DNA of 32,000 bases. Source: Candidatus Brocadia sp. (GTDB lineage Bacteria > Planctomycetota > Brocadiia > Brocadiales > Brocadiaceae). Both the position numbers and the translations under genes were made by a program. Under the pieces are notes generated by a model that did not search any database, was not told the origin of the DNA, and was given only the letters and a program-made list of their open reading frames with translations. Shown here piece after piece: positions 8,838 through 17,974 of the stretch (positions within the stretch are counted from its first letter, which is position 1; each line of letters opens with the position of its first letter). The stretch is taken from the NCBI GenBank assembly GCA_021650915.1, contig CP091279.1:1410001-1442000 (forward strand). The letters run 5' to 3'.

Positions 8838-8910
8838 AATTCTACTCACCCCCTTCCGTATGTTTTTTTCGTTCTTTTTAGAAATATATCACGCAACCAA
8901 ATTAACATGC

Positions 8911-8925
8911 GCACAAGTCATACCA
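8911..8925 (-). promoter_or_regulatory. Candidate sigma-54 (-24/-12) promoter upstream of the Cys-rich gene and hzs operon
   Basis: The minus strand reads TGGTATGACTTGTGC, which has the correct GG-N10-GC spacing of the TGGCAC-N5-TTGC consensus with flanking T's. It lies about 75 nt upstream of the ATG at 8837 and directly downstream of a sigma-54 activator gene. This is a pattern match only. Confidence 0.3.
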
Positions 8926-9074
8926 AACACGCTACATGTTCTACATAAATCATAACCAGTTCATTAATGGTGAATTAAAAAAACCAACTTTATTCATGCT
9001 CATATCCTTTGTACAACAGTTTGGTTTAATTCAACCATTTTTATAGTCTTTGCCTTCTGCAAGACCATTATCAA

Positions 9075-10466
9075 TCAATTTGCAAGACCATACTTTTGTA
9101 ACCTATACCGAAATGTGCCTCTTGTTAAACCAAGCAACTTTGCAGCTTTTGTTTTATTATTTTTACTTTTTTCGAGCGCTTGCGTAACCAACTGTTTTTC
9201 TAGGGCGTCCAGAGATAAACCATGCGGGGGAATATCAAATGAAACCAACCGATCTACGGATTGCGCTTTATCTCTATTAACATATTGTGCACACCTTACT
9301 ATCGTCACCGGCAAGTGCTCAGAAGTGATTACGTTTGTCTTACAAAGAATTACCGCTCGTTCAATAACATTTTGCAACTCCCTGATATTACCTTCCCACT
9401 TATGCAGGACAAGCAATTTTTCCGCTTCCTTGCTTAACGAAACCGGCGATTTACCCATTTTTATGGAAAACCGTTTTAAGAAGTGCCTGCTCAATGGAAT
9501 AATGTCTTCACTTCTTTCTCTTAACGGCGTCAGGGTAATTGGAAAAACACTTATTCTGTAATATAAATCTTCTCTAAATTTTCCCGCTCTTACCAATTCT
9601 TCAAGATTCTTATTGGTTGCGCATATAATCCTGCTATCAGCTTTAATCGTTTCCGTACCACCAAGACGCTCCATTTCTTTCGCCTCAATCACCCGCAGCA
9701 CTTTTGCCTGGACAGACATACTCATTTCTGATATTTCGTCCATGAAAAAAGTACCCCCTGACGCTAGTTCAAAACGTCCTTTTTTTGTTTTTTCCGCGTT
9801 AGTAAATGCACCTCGTTCATAACCAAACAATTCACTTTCAAGCAAATTTTCCGGTATCGCAGCGCAATTCACCACAACAAGAGGACCACCCCCTCTGTTG
9901 CTGTTATAGTGAATTGCACGCGCAATTAGTTCCTTTCCTGTACCACTTTCTCCCGTTATCAATACCGTTGAGTCGGTTTTCGATACTTCACCAACCAATC
10001 TCAATGCCTCAATTACCTGCGGTGAATTACCTATGATATTTTTAAAGTCATACTGGGATTCAAGTTCTTGACGTAAATATTTATTTTCAATGGTAAGAGT
10101 GCTCATTTTCAGCGCCCTATTCACAGCCAACTTAAGAATTTCTTTCTCAAACGGCGTGGTAAGGTAGTCAAAAACCCCTTCTTTCATCACGTCAATTACT
10201 GACCCAACAGAGCCAAAAGCTGTTAGCACTATAATGGGCAGGTCGGGAACCTTGCATTTGATTGCCTTGAGAAATTCGAGCCTTCCCATTTCCTGAACTT
10301 TGAGATCCGTTATGAGAAGATGAAACCGCTCATTCTCAAGATAATCAAGCGTTGACTCACAACAACTTGTCGTCACAACCTTGACATCTTTCATCTCCTC
10401 AAAAACCATAGCAAGCACTCTTCGCATGCGTTCTTCATCATCTGCAATTAAAACTCTGTAAGCCAT
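9075..10466 (-). CDS. Sigma-54-dependent response regulator (NtrC family: receiver + AAA+ + Fis-type HTH)
   Basis: 463 aa. The receiver domain has an acidic pocket (LIADDEE ... LLITDLKV). The Walker A motif is GESGTGKE, the sigma-54 contact loop is ERGAFTNA (a variant of GAFTGA), and the C-terminal HTH is KTKAAKLLGLTRGTFRYRLQKYGL. There is no adjacent histidine kinase. Confidence 0.9.
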   Translation of the reverse strand: MAYRVLIADDEERMRRVLAMVFEEMKDVKVVTTSCCESTLDYLENERFHLLITDLKVQEMGRLEFLKAIKCKVPDLPIIVLTAFGSVGSVIDVMKEGVFDYLTTPFEKEILKLAVNRALKMSTLTIENKYLRQELESQYDFKNIIGNSPQVIEALRLVGEVSKTDSTVLITGESGTGKELIARAIHYNSNRGGGPLVVVNCAAIPENLLESELFGYERGAFTNAEKTKKGRFELASGGTFFMDEISEMSMSVQAKVLRVIEAKEMERLGGTETIKADSRIICATNKNLEELVRAGKFREDLYYRISVFPITLTPLRERSEDIIPLSRHFLKRFSIKMGKSPVSLSKEAEKLLVLHKWEGNIRELQNVIERAVILCKTNVITSEHLPVTIVRCAQYVNRDKAQSVDRLVSFDIPPHGLSLDALEKQLVTQALEKSKNNKTKAAKLLGLTRGTFRYRLQKYGLAN

Positions 10467-10544
10467 TCTACACCTAATTATGCTTATAGTCTTTTAAAAC
10501 TTACAAAGGCTTGCCAGTTTCTTACCGAATTGATGCCTGTTGTT

Positions 10545-11390
10545 TCATATAGCCCAAACGATAAGAGCGGAAAACATGAATCCTACCATGATTAACCCGG
10601 TAATTAAGATGGGAACCGCAAACAACCTCGTTAGAAAACTTACGAACAGTGAAGGGGGAGCAACTTTATAATTTTCCAACTGCTGCTGACTTTCAAGTCT
10701 TTTAAACTGATTAAGTCGCTCATGTCGAAATTCTGCCTCTGTTATTTTACCGGTAAAAATCGCCTCATCAACGGGCATTTTTTCCGGTAGCAGGTGGGTG
10801 TGAAAAAAGTGAATCGTGAATATAAAACCAGCCGCCAGAATCGCCTCATATCGATGAATGATCAAGGCTATACTTGGAAGATCAACTATCGTGGCAACTG
10901 AAACGGGGATAATTTTTGTGAATTGCACGGGGAACCATAGAATTAATCCAGTGACCGCCATTACCAATGTTCCCCACATCAACGATAAGTATTCAAACTT
11001 TTCCCAATAAATCCATTGGTCAAAATTAGGACGCTTCCCAATACCAAGAAACCATTTAAGATCAGCAACAATATCAAACAGATCTCTCGGTTGAATGAGC
11101 AAAGAATTTGGCCCCCAAAAGAAGCCCTTCCTTTTTTGAACGGATATACAAATAAACAAGTAGAGAAAATGAATAAAGGCAGCAAAAAAAGTTATGAGCG
11201 CACAAATACGATGAATAAATCCAGCCGTTGGGTAACCGCCAAACAGCTCATATAGCCAACGCGCCCATGCGTAACCTCTAAATGCCAGAGGCATCCCCGT
11301 TAAGACAAGGCCAAAAAAACTTATAATGATCAAAAAGTGGCAAAACCTGTGAAATAAACTAAACCTCACGTAATTAATGCTGCTCTTCAT
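10545..11390 (-). CDS. Integral-membrane b-type cytochrome (FdnI / Ni-Fe hydrogenase cytochrome b-like), putative quinol-interacting subunit
   Basis: ORF 10545..11417; a start at ATG 11390 (MKSSINYVRF) is plausible. It has the family signature RFSLFHRFCHFLIIISFFGLVLTG and several TM helices with conserved His (IHRICA, IHFLY, IHRYEA, HFFHTH). It overlaps the stop of the upstream heptahaem gene, which suggests translational coupling. Confidence 0.75.
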   Translation of the reverse strand: MKSSINYVRFSLFHRFCHFLIIISFFGLVLTGMPLAFRGYAWARWLYELFGGYPTAGFIHRICALITFFAAFIHFLYLFICISVQKRKGFFWGPNSLLIQPRDLFDIVADLKWFLGIGKRPNFDQWIYWEKFEYLSLMWGTLVMAVTGLILWFPVQFTKIIPVSVATIVDLPSIALIIHRYEAILAAGFIFTIHFFHTHLLPEKMPVDEAIFTGKITEAEFRHERLNQFKRLESQQQLENYKVAPPSLFVSFLTRLFAVPILITGLIMVGFMFSALIVWAI

Positions 11391-12426
11391 CTGTATGCCC
11401 CTTTCCCTTATACTCATCTCGCGCTACAGCAAACCAACTTAGCAATGAATGAATTCCAAAAGAAGAAAATGTAAACGCCAAAATCCCCACATACATTACA
11501 AATACAGCACATAAAATTGTCTGCGGGTTCTTTAAAATGGTTTTAAGATTTTCCGGATTACTTCGCGCTTCTTTTATCGCCGATATCAATTTTTTATAAT
11601 AATTTATATTCTTAATCTGCGGATGCTCTACATGCTTTACAAAACTCGCATTGGCACCTGCATGACAATTACCGCATGTTTCCAAAATCTTTTCTTTGCC
11701 GACTTTCGATTCCGGGTCGGTCGAGTTCAAGATCTTATGCTTGCCATGACAATCAAAGCATACCGGGACATCAGTATCCGTGTGACCAAGCGCAGTGACC
11801 TGGCCATGAGCATTATTTCGATAGCTATCAAGATATTCCTGATGGCACTCCCCGCACGACTCAATTGTTAATCTTCTGTGTAATGGATCCGTTCCTCTAG
11901 GCACATCCATTGGTGATTTCTCACCAAGCGATGTATAATGATAAGTCAAACCTGCATGGCAATCCTTGCACGTCGGGACATCTTTGTTGTTTTGCTTCAT
12001 CAATTTCACGTGGTTGCTTTGTAAATAATCGTCTGCCGGGTCGTCGTGACAAAAAGTTATGCAATCAACTGGTTTCAGATTTGGCTTGTGGCCTTCCGTT
12101 AGATCCGCCCCATCAAGATCCTGGTGGCAATCAGTGCAAAAGAAATCTTCCCCCCCGTGAGCTGAAGCCTTAAAGGTTACTTCATCAACTACCATCGAAA
12201 CCACCTTAATTTCGCCTGTGACGGGATTGATCTTCGCCTTTTCAACAGTCTTTAGCTTATCCGGCTTGGTATGACATTCAATACATGGGCCGTTATCGCC
12301 TGCAGTTAAAACTGCAGGCGACAGACCAATGATAGCCACACTTACGACAACAAGTACGCACAATTTAATTTTTTTAAAACTCGACAAAACTTCACCTCTT
12401 AAGCTTTTCTCTGACTTATAAACCAT
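11374..12426 (-). CDS. Heptahaem c-type cytochrome with N-terminal signal/anchor and C-terminal TM helix
   Basis: 350 aa with GAGGAGG upstream of the ATG. There are six CxxCH motifs (CIECH, CTDCH, CKDCH, CGECH, CFDCH, CGNCH) plus one CxxxCH (CITFCH). A hydrophobic C-terminal helix (ILCAVFVMYVGILAFTFSSFGI) is present. Confidence 0.85.
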   Translation of the reverse strand: MVYKSEKSLRGEVLSSFKKIKLCVLVVVSVAIIGLSPAVLTAGDNGPCIECHTKPDKLKTVEKAKINPVTGEIKVVSMVVDEVTFKASAHGGEDFFCTDCHQDLDGADLTEGHKPNLKPVDCITFCHDDPADDYLQSNHVKLMKQNNKDVPTCKDCHAGLTYHYTSLGEKSPMDVPRGTDPLHRRLTIESCGECHQEYLDSYRNNAHGQVTALGHTDTDVPVCFDCHGKHKILNSTDPESKVGKEKILETCGNCHAGANASFVKHVEHPQIKNINYYKKLISAIKEARSNPENLKTILKNPQTILCAVFVMYVGILAFTFSSFGIHSLLSWFAVARDEYKGKGHTDEEQH

Positions 12427-12469
12427 CTACGGAATCCTCCTCAGCTAGATAACTCTTAAGCCCAAAGAG

Positions 12470-13180
12470 TTATTCCTTTTTCTTTGGTTTTAATGGTGTA
12501 TTAAGAATCTCATCTTTCGGCAACAGAGCGGCCCACTTCTTTTTGTCCTCGGGAGAAAGCTTTTTAATCAATACATCAATTTCATCCTCATCGCGATGAT
12601 CGTCCTTCTTGAAATAATCTTTATAATCCATAACCTTATCCGTCTTTGGACATTTGTTTTTATCATCTTTATTTTCCCAATGACAGGTCAGGCATTGCTC
12701 TTTTACCGTTGCGGGTCCGTTAATCCCAGCCACAATCAAGCCGGCATCAAACTGCACCTTCCTTGCTTCAAAAGGATCCTTCTTTAACAATTCCTTAAAT
12801 GCGTCCTTTCCCTTACCCTGGAAGTTCTCCTTTAATTTTTTATACTCAGAACCAGCGCCATGACAGGCCTCGCATTGTACATTCGGCAAATATTTTTTGC
12901 CAACTTCAGCGATCTTTTCACCGTACGCGGTAGCGTGGCATTTCAAGCAATCAGGATTTTCCGCATCCGGAGTTCCTTTCAGCCTTTTTTCCCATGTATT
13001 GGAATGCAATCTCTCTTTGTATTCTTCGCCCTCAAAGCAACCTTTTCCCATATGACACTTACAGCCGCTATTACCAACAAAATCAGCACCATTGGATATT
13101 GCCGGAAGAGAAGAAGCTAAACTCCACACAGAAACCACAATACCACTTATCAAACACAGAGTTTTTCTACCACCAAACAT
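12470..13180 (-). CDS. Secreted multihaem c-type cytochrome (c554-like), three canonical haem motifs plus one contracted CxCH
   Basis: 236 aa with a signal peptide. Motifs are CLKCH, CEACH and CLTCH, plus CKCH. The pattern CLKCHATAYG...VQCEACHGAGSEY is typical of cytochrome c554-family proteins. The C-terminal tail is lysine-rich. Confidence 0.85.
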   Translation of the reverse strand: MFGGRKTLCLISGIVVSVWSLASSLPAISNGADFVGNSGCKCHMGKGCFEGEEYKERLHSNTWEKRLKGTPDAENPDCLKCHATAYGEKIAEVGKKYLPNVQCEACHGAGSEYKKLKENFQGKGKDAFKELLKKDPFEARKVQFDAGLIVAGINGPATVKEQCLTCHWENKDDKNKCPKTDKVMDYKDYFKKDDHRDEDEIDVLIKKLSPEDKKKWAALLPKDEILNTPLKPKKKE

Positions 13181-13405
13181 TACAATCTCCTTTCCTAGTT
13201 ACCAAAAAAAATTACAAAACTGTCTTATCCCGTTTTTATCTCCCAACTCCATACATTCTCATCGCATCTAAATCAAACCAATCCATTCTCCTTTATGATA
13301 CGCACGCAAACGCACCTGTAGAACATTTGATTCAAGCAGAAGTTACTTTTTGGAGAACGGTAGATTAGCATGCTTTTTAAATAGTGTCAAGAAAAAATTC
13401 ACGTA

Positions 13406-14761
13406 TCATGAATGCTGATTTTTCAGCAATAAATTTTCCACAAAATTCGTATTGATATTCCCACTTGCAAATTGCGAATGTGCAATTAGCTCTAAATTGA
13501 GCGGAATGGTCGTCTTAATACCTTCGATCACGTATTCACCTAAAGCCCTTTTCATACACGCGATTGCTTCTTCTCGTGTTTTTTGATGAACAATTAGCTT
13601 TGAAATCATAGAATCATAATACGGAGGAACCTGATACCCGGCGTGTACGTGAGAGTCAACCCTTACGCCTCTTCCACCAGGCGGGTTATAGAACGTTATC
13701 TTACCTGGTTGAGGGCGAAACCCGTTGTTTGGGTCTTCAGCATTTATTCGGCACTCTATTGCAACGCCACGGGGTCTGACTCTTTTTTGCTTTATATTCA
13801 TGCGTTCACCACTTGCAATTCTTATCTGTTGTTTCACTAAATCAATACCGGTAACCATCTCCGTAACGGGATGCTCCACCTGAAGGCGGGTATTTACCTC
13901 TATAAAATAAAAATCACCCGCTTTATTTACTAAAAATTCAACGGTACCAGCATTAGTATAATTCACTGCCTTTGCAATTTTAATTGCCGCCTTGCATATC
14001 TCCTCACGTAAGCGTTCAGATATCGCAGGAGATGGGGATTCTTCTATGAGCTTTTGATGTTTTCGCTGTAAAGTACAGTCCCTTTCACCCAGGTGGATGA
14101 TATTACCGTAATTATCACCAAATATTTGCACCTCTACGTGGCGCGTATCTTCAATATATTTTTCTATGTATATCGATGGATCTTTAAAAGCCGATTCCGC
14201 TTCCCGTTGAGCAATCGCCAAGGAATTTACCAGACTTATGTCGTTGTGGGCAACGCGCATCCCACGCCCGCCACCACCAGAAGACGCTTTAATAATAACG
14301 GGATATCCAATCTTGTGTGCCACATCAAGCGCTTGCTGCTGACTTTTGATAACCGATTCACTCCCCGGGACTACAGGCACTTTACAAGCCTGAGCAATTT
14401 TTCTCGCTTCGGTTTTGTCTCCCAGTTTTTTCAATACGTCTGATTTCGGACCAATAAATACTATTTTGGAGGATTCGCACACTTCGGCAAAATGACTCAC
14501 CTCTGACAAAAAACCATATCCAGGATGTATCGCTTCAATATCCGTTATCTCTGCGGCACTGATAATGCTCGGAATATTCAAATAACTACCTTCTGCCTCT
14601 GAGGGACCGACACACACCGTAATATCTGCTTGCTTTAAATACATGGCATCTTTATCCGACTTCGAACATATTGCAACGGTTTCTATGCCCATTTCACGAC
14701 AAGCCCGAATAATTCTTAAAGCAATCTCGCCACGATTTGCAACCATTATCCTGGAAAACAT
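13406..14761 (-). CDS. accC: Acetyl-CoA carboxylase biotin carboxylase subunit
   Basis: 451 aa. It begins with the [31 protein letters not shown]-terminus and has an ATP-grasp region (GGGGRGMRV), both highly characteristic. Confidence 0.95.
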   Translation of the reverse strand: MFSRIMVANRGEIALRIIRACREMGIETVAICSKSDKDAMYLKQADITVCVGPSEAEGSYLNIPSIISAAEITDIEAIHPGYGFLSEVSHFAEVCESSKIVFIGPKSDVLKKLGDKTEARKIAQACKVPVVPGSESVIKSQQQALDVAHKIGYPVIIKASSGGGGRGMRVAHNDISLVNSLAIAQREAESAFKDPSIYIEKYIEDTRHVEVQIFGDNYGNIIHLGERDCTLQRKHQKLIEESPSPAISERLREEICKAAIKIAKAVNYTNAGTVEFLVNKAGDFYFIEVNTRLQVEHPVTEMVTGIDLVKQQIRIASGERMNIKQKRVRPRGVAIECRINAEDPNNGFRPQPGKITFYNPPGGRGVRVDSHVHAGYQVPPYYDSMISKLIVHQKTREEAIACMKRALGEYVIEGIKTTIPLNLELIAHSQFASGNINTNFVENLLLKNQHS

Positions 14762-14813
14762 ACCCTTTGTTATCCTTCAGTCATTAATTTTATGAAGTTT
14801 ACCAACATCTCTG

Positions 14814-15278
14814 TCACTGTGCTGATCGCCTAACACGAAAGAGTGGCTGGCCAAATTCTACTGCCTCGCCGTCATTGACATAAATATCCACAATTTCGCC
14901 TACCATTTCAGCTTTCACTTCGTTCATGATCTTCATTGCTTCAATGATACACACAACGGTCTCTTCATTCACAACATCTCCCACATTCGCACACGGCTCC
15001 GCACCAGGGGCATTGGCCCGATAAAATGTACCCACCATCGGAGAAATTATCTCTTTCGTATTTTCACCCTCTTTCGACAACACAGGCACCTGATGTCTTT
15101 GCTCTAACGACGAAGTATAGAGAGGGGGGACTGCAACTGCGGAAGCAACGGTATGCGTATAACCAGCATCACTCTTTTTCAGCCTTATTTTTGTGACATC
15201 TTCCTGAATTTCAATTTCAGACAACTCGTTTTCATTCATAATGGAAATTAATTGCTTTACCTTGTCTATAATACTCAT
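14814..15278 (-). CDS. accB: Biotin carboxyl carrier protein of acetyl-CoA carboxylase
   Basis: 154 aa with the biotinyl-lysine motif IEAMKIMNEV near the C-terminus. It lies immediately upstream of accC. Confidence 0.92.
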   Translation of the reverse strand: MSIIDKVKQLISIMNENELSEIEIQEDVTKIRLKKSDAGYTHTVASAVAVPPLYTSSLEQRHQVPVLSKEGENTKEIISPMVGTFYRANAPGAEPCANVGDVVNEETVVCIIEAMKIMNEVKAEMVGEIVDIYVNDGEAVEFGQPLFRVRRSAQ

Positions 15279-15492
15279 GTTTCATTCCTTAATATGGAGT
15301 TTGTTTTTAATCATTAAACAGGAAAGCCAGCAAAATCTTCTGTTAATCCGTATGAGGAATACCTTTGTTTAAGAACTACGCGGAGAAATAGGAAACGAAA
15401 TTCTGGTGGAACAAAATGAAGGGCTGCTGTATAGATTCTTTTTTACTATACTTTGTGTAACAGGCAACGGCATGTTCTCTTTATTAATTTAT

Positions 15493-16563
15493 TTATCCTG
15501 CTATTTCTTCAAGCCTTTTTGGTATGCGACTTAAAACTTCACAACCGCTGGGAGTAACCAACACCATGTCCTCGATACGTATGCCACCCCAACCTGGGAT
15601 ATAAATTCCAGGTTCTACGGTAAATACCATATTCTCTTCTAATACTTCCTTGCTCCTGCTGTTAATGACAGGCCCCTCATGAACCTCAAGCCCAATGCCA
15701 TGCCCTAATCCGTGACCAAAGCACTTTGCGAATCCTTTTTTTTCAATATAACTTCTTGCCGCACTATCGATTTCTTTTGCCTTTCGGCCAGGTTTTATGC
15801 TGTCAATAGCAAAACCTTGTGCATCTAACACTATCTGATATATCTTCTTATAATCGGGGGATATTTTATCTATGAACCGAACCCTTGTCAAGTCGGAATT
15901 ATAAAACTGAAAACACGCACCCCAATCAATTAAAATTGCTTCTTTTTCCCCGATAATTCTCTCTGTCGGGTGCGCATGCGGCAGCGAAGCCCGTTGTCCC
16001 GTAGCGCAGATTATTTCAAAGGCGCTTCTTTCGCCACCATGATTTCTTATTTCAAGCTCCAGAATATCCGCAATTTTCTTTTCTGATAAGCCAACCCCTA
16101 TTTTCTTTTCCACACGGTTATATGCCTTCTCAGCAATAGAAATAGCCGTCCGAATCTTCTCTAACTCCTGATCTGTTTTTCGTTTCCGATATTCCTCAAC
16201 AATTCCCTTCGTTGGTATAAGATGTATCCCACCATAGCTGCCTAAAATTTCATGGTACTGGTGAACGGTAAGAAAGAGCGCTTCGATAGAAAGCTCTTTG
16301 ATCTTAAGACGTTTGAGTTTCGCACTAATTGTCCTCTCCAACGAAACCTTTTTTTCAACAACGGTAATCCACGGGATATCTTTCTGGGCTTGCTCGACGT
16401 ATCGAAAGTCCGTGAACAAGTAATCCCTCTCCCGCGTGATTAAAAGAATGCTCTCACTACCTGTAAATTTTGTAATATAATGAATATTTACCGCATTTGT
16501 GACTAAGAATCCATCTACATGCTCTTCTGTTAACGTCTGCTTTATTTTCTTCAAACAATTCAT
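15493..16563 (-). CDS. M24-family Xaa-Pro aminopeptidase/dipeptidase
   Basis: 356 aa with a creatinase-like N-domain and the metal-ligand motifs HGLGHGIGLEVHE and VEPGIY...GGIRIED. Confidence 0.88.
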   Translation of the reverse strand: MNCLKKIKQTLTEEHVDGFLVTNAVNIHYITKFTGSESILLITRERDYLFTDFRYVEQAQKDIPWITVVEKKVSLERTISAKLKRLKIKELSIEALFLTVHQYHEILGSYGGIHLIPTKGIVEEYRKRKTDQELEKIRTAISIAEKAYNRVEKKIGVGLSEKKIADILELEIRNHGGERSAFEIICATGQRASLPHAHPTERIIGEKEAILIDWGACFQFYNSDLTRVRFIDKISPDYKKIYQIVLDAQGFAIDSIKPGRKAKEIDSAARSYIEKKGFAKCFGHGLGHGIGLEVHEGPVINSRSKEVLEENMVFTVEPGIYIPGWGGIRIEDMVLVTPSGCEVLSRIPKRLEEIAG

Positions 16564-16600
16564 AGCAAATCATCTTGCTTGCAAAAAGCATCCTGTTATA

Positions 16601-17947
16601 TTACTTCTTTTCTTTTCTAATCTTTTCTATTAACGTATCGATAAACACCTTAAATTGCTTGTCAGTATCAATTTGTTCTTTCACCTTCTTTATAGCAAAC
16701 ATAACGGTGGAGTGTTTCTTACTGGCAAAATAATTCCCGATTTGCTGGTAAGACCAGTTGAGGAGCGTCTTGATCAGGTACATGCATATTTGCCGTGGAA
16801 AGGAGATAGATTTTATTTTTTTGCTCGAATGAAGCTCATTGCGTGAGATGTTGAAATAACTTAAAATCGCCGCTTCAATCTCATTAATCTTAACGATTTT
16901 CCCTTCCGCTAAGAAAAATTCTCCCAGAACGTCACTGGCCAAATGGATATCTATATTTTTCTCGTTAAACTTGGCATGCGCCGAGAGTGTTGTCAACGCG
17001 CTTTCAACTTCCCTTACATTATCTTCAAATCGCTCTGCAATAAACTCCAGTACTTCTTCAGGAAAATGCACATCAAAACTTGCGGCCTTTGACCTCAAAA
17101 TCAAAAGCCTTGTCGCATAATCAGGCTTATCTATCTTGACAATCATCCCTGACATAAACCGGCTCGCAAGCGTTTCTTTCAGCTGACCAATCATCTTTGG
17201 ATGCGCATCGCTTGCAAAGATAATTCTTTTTGACAACTCATACAATGCATTGAAGGTATGTAAAAATTCTTCCTGAACTCCCTGCTTATTGGAAAGGAAA
17301 TGTACATCGTCAATAAGAAATAGATCCACATTCCTGAATTTTTGCCGAAACGCTTCCATCTTTCCCTTTTGCAATGAATAAATAAATTCATTTGTCCATT
17401 TCTCAGCCGGCATGTAAATGCTATTGACATTTTGTTCTTCCCGAATCCGATTCCAAACGCCTTGAAGAATATGCGTTTTTCCAACACCAACGGGACCATG
17501 AATAAAAAGAGGATTAAATGCGGGGTATTTGTCCTTCATAATTTCAAGGGACGCCGTATATGCCATTCTATTATTAGGACCTACTACAAAATCCTCCAGC
17601 TTCAGGTATCTATTCAATGATGAAACGGCTTTATTACCTTCCGACTTCCTTTCAACAGGAGAATTATCAACCGGCAGAATTTGGTCACCTTTACCGTTTT
17701 GTGCTATGGAAAATCTTATATTCAGATCCTTACTATTTACAAGCTTTCCGATACCATCTCTCAAGATATTCGAAAAATTCTCCTGCAACCATACCTGGGT
17801 AAATACATTCGGCACGGCAATGTTTACACAGTTATCATTGAAAGATTCAAGCCGGGTATTTTTAAACCACAGATTGAACCGCAAAGGACCCACTCTTTCC
17901 CGAATATCCTGAAGCACATCATCCCAGACCTTTGTGTAAAACTCCAT
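16601..17947 (-). CDS. dnaA: Chromosomal replication initiator protein DnaA
   Basis: 448 aa. Walker A is GPVGVGKTHIL and Walker B is LIDDVHFL. Domain IV has the HTH region (SFPRQICMYLIKTLLNWSYQQIGNYFASKKHSTVMFAIKKV). An AT-rich region lies upstream. Confidence 0.95.
   Translation of the reverse strand: MEFYTKVWDDVLQDIRERVGPLRFNLWFKNTRLESFNDNCVNIAVPNVFTQVWLQENFSNILRDGIGKLVNSKDLNIRFSIAQNGKGDQILPVDNSPVERKSEGNKAVSSLNRYLKLEDFVVGPNNRMAYTASLEIMKDKYPAFNPLFIHGPVGVGKTHILQGVWNRIREEQNVNSIYMPAEKWTNEFIYSLQKGKMEAFRQKFRNVDLFLIDDVHFLSNKQGVQEEFLHTFNALYELSKRIIFASDAHPKMIGQLKETLASRFMSGMIVKIDKPDYATRLLILRSKAASFDVHFPEEVLEFIAERFEDNVREVESALTTLSAHAKFNEKNIDIHLASDVLGEFFLAEGKIVKINEIEAAILSYFNISRNELHSSKKIKSISFPRQICMYLIKTLLNWSYQQIGNYFASKKHSTVMFAIKKVKEQIDTDKQFKVFIDTLIEKIRKEKK
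16735..17216. repeat. Copy 1 (inside intact dnaA) of a 482-bp direct repeat
   Basis: Manual alignment to 18875..19356 at a constant offset of 2140 shows no indels and 12 substitutions. Confidence 0.9.
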
Positions 17948-17974
17948 TACTCGTGGTATCCTTTTACGCTATGA

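Noticed and set aside
9115-17974. Assorted 60-150-aa ORFs antisense to or out of frame within the regulator, cytochrome, acc, peptidase and dnaA genes. Examples are 9115..9561, 10979..11185, 11910..12173, 12994..13368, 14093..14443, 17191..17499 and 17529..17912.
   Set aside because: Each is nested in a gene with strong family evidence on the other strand or in another frame, and none shows motifs of its own.
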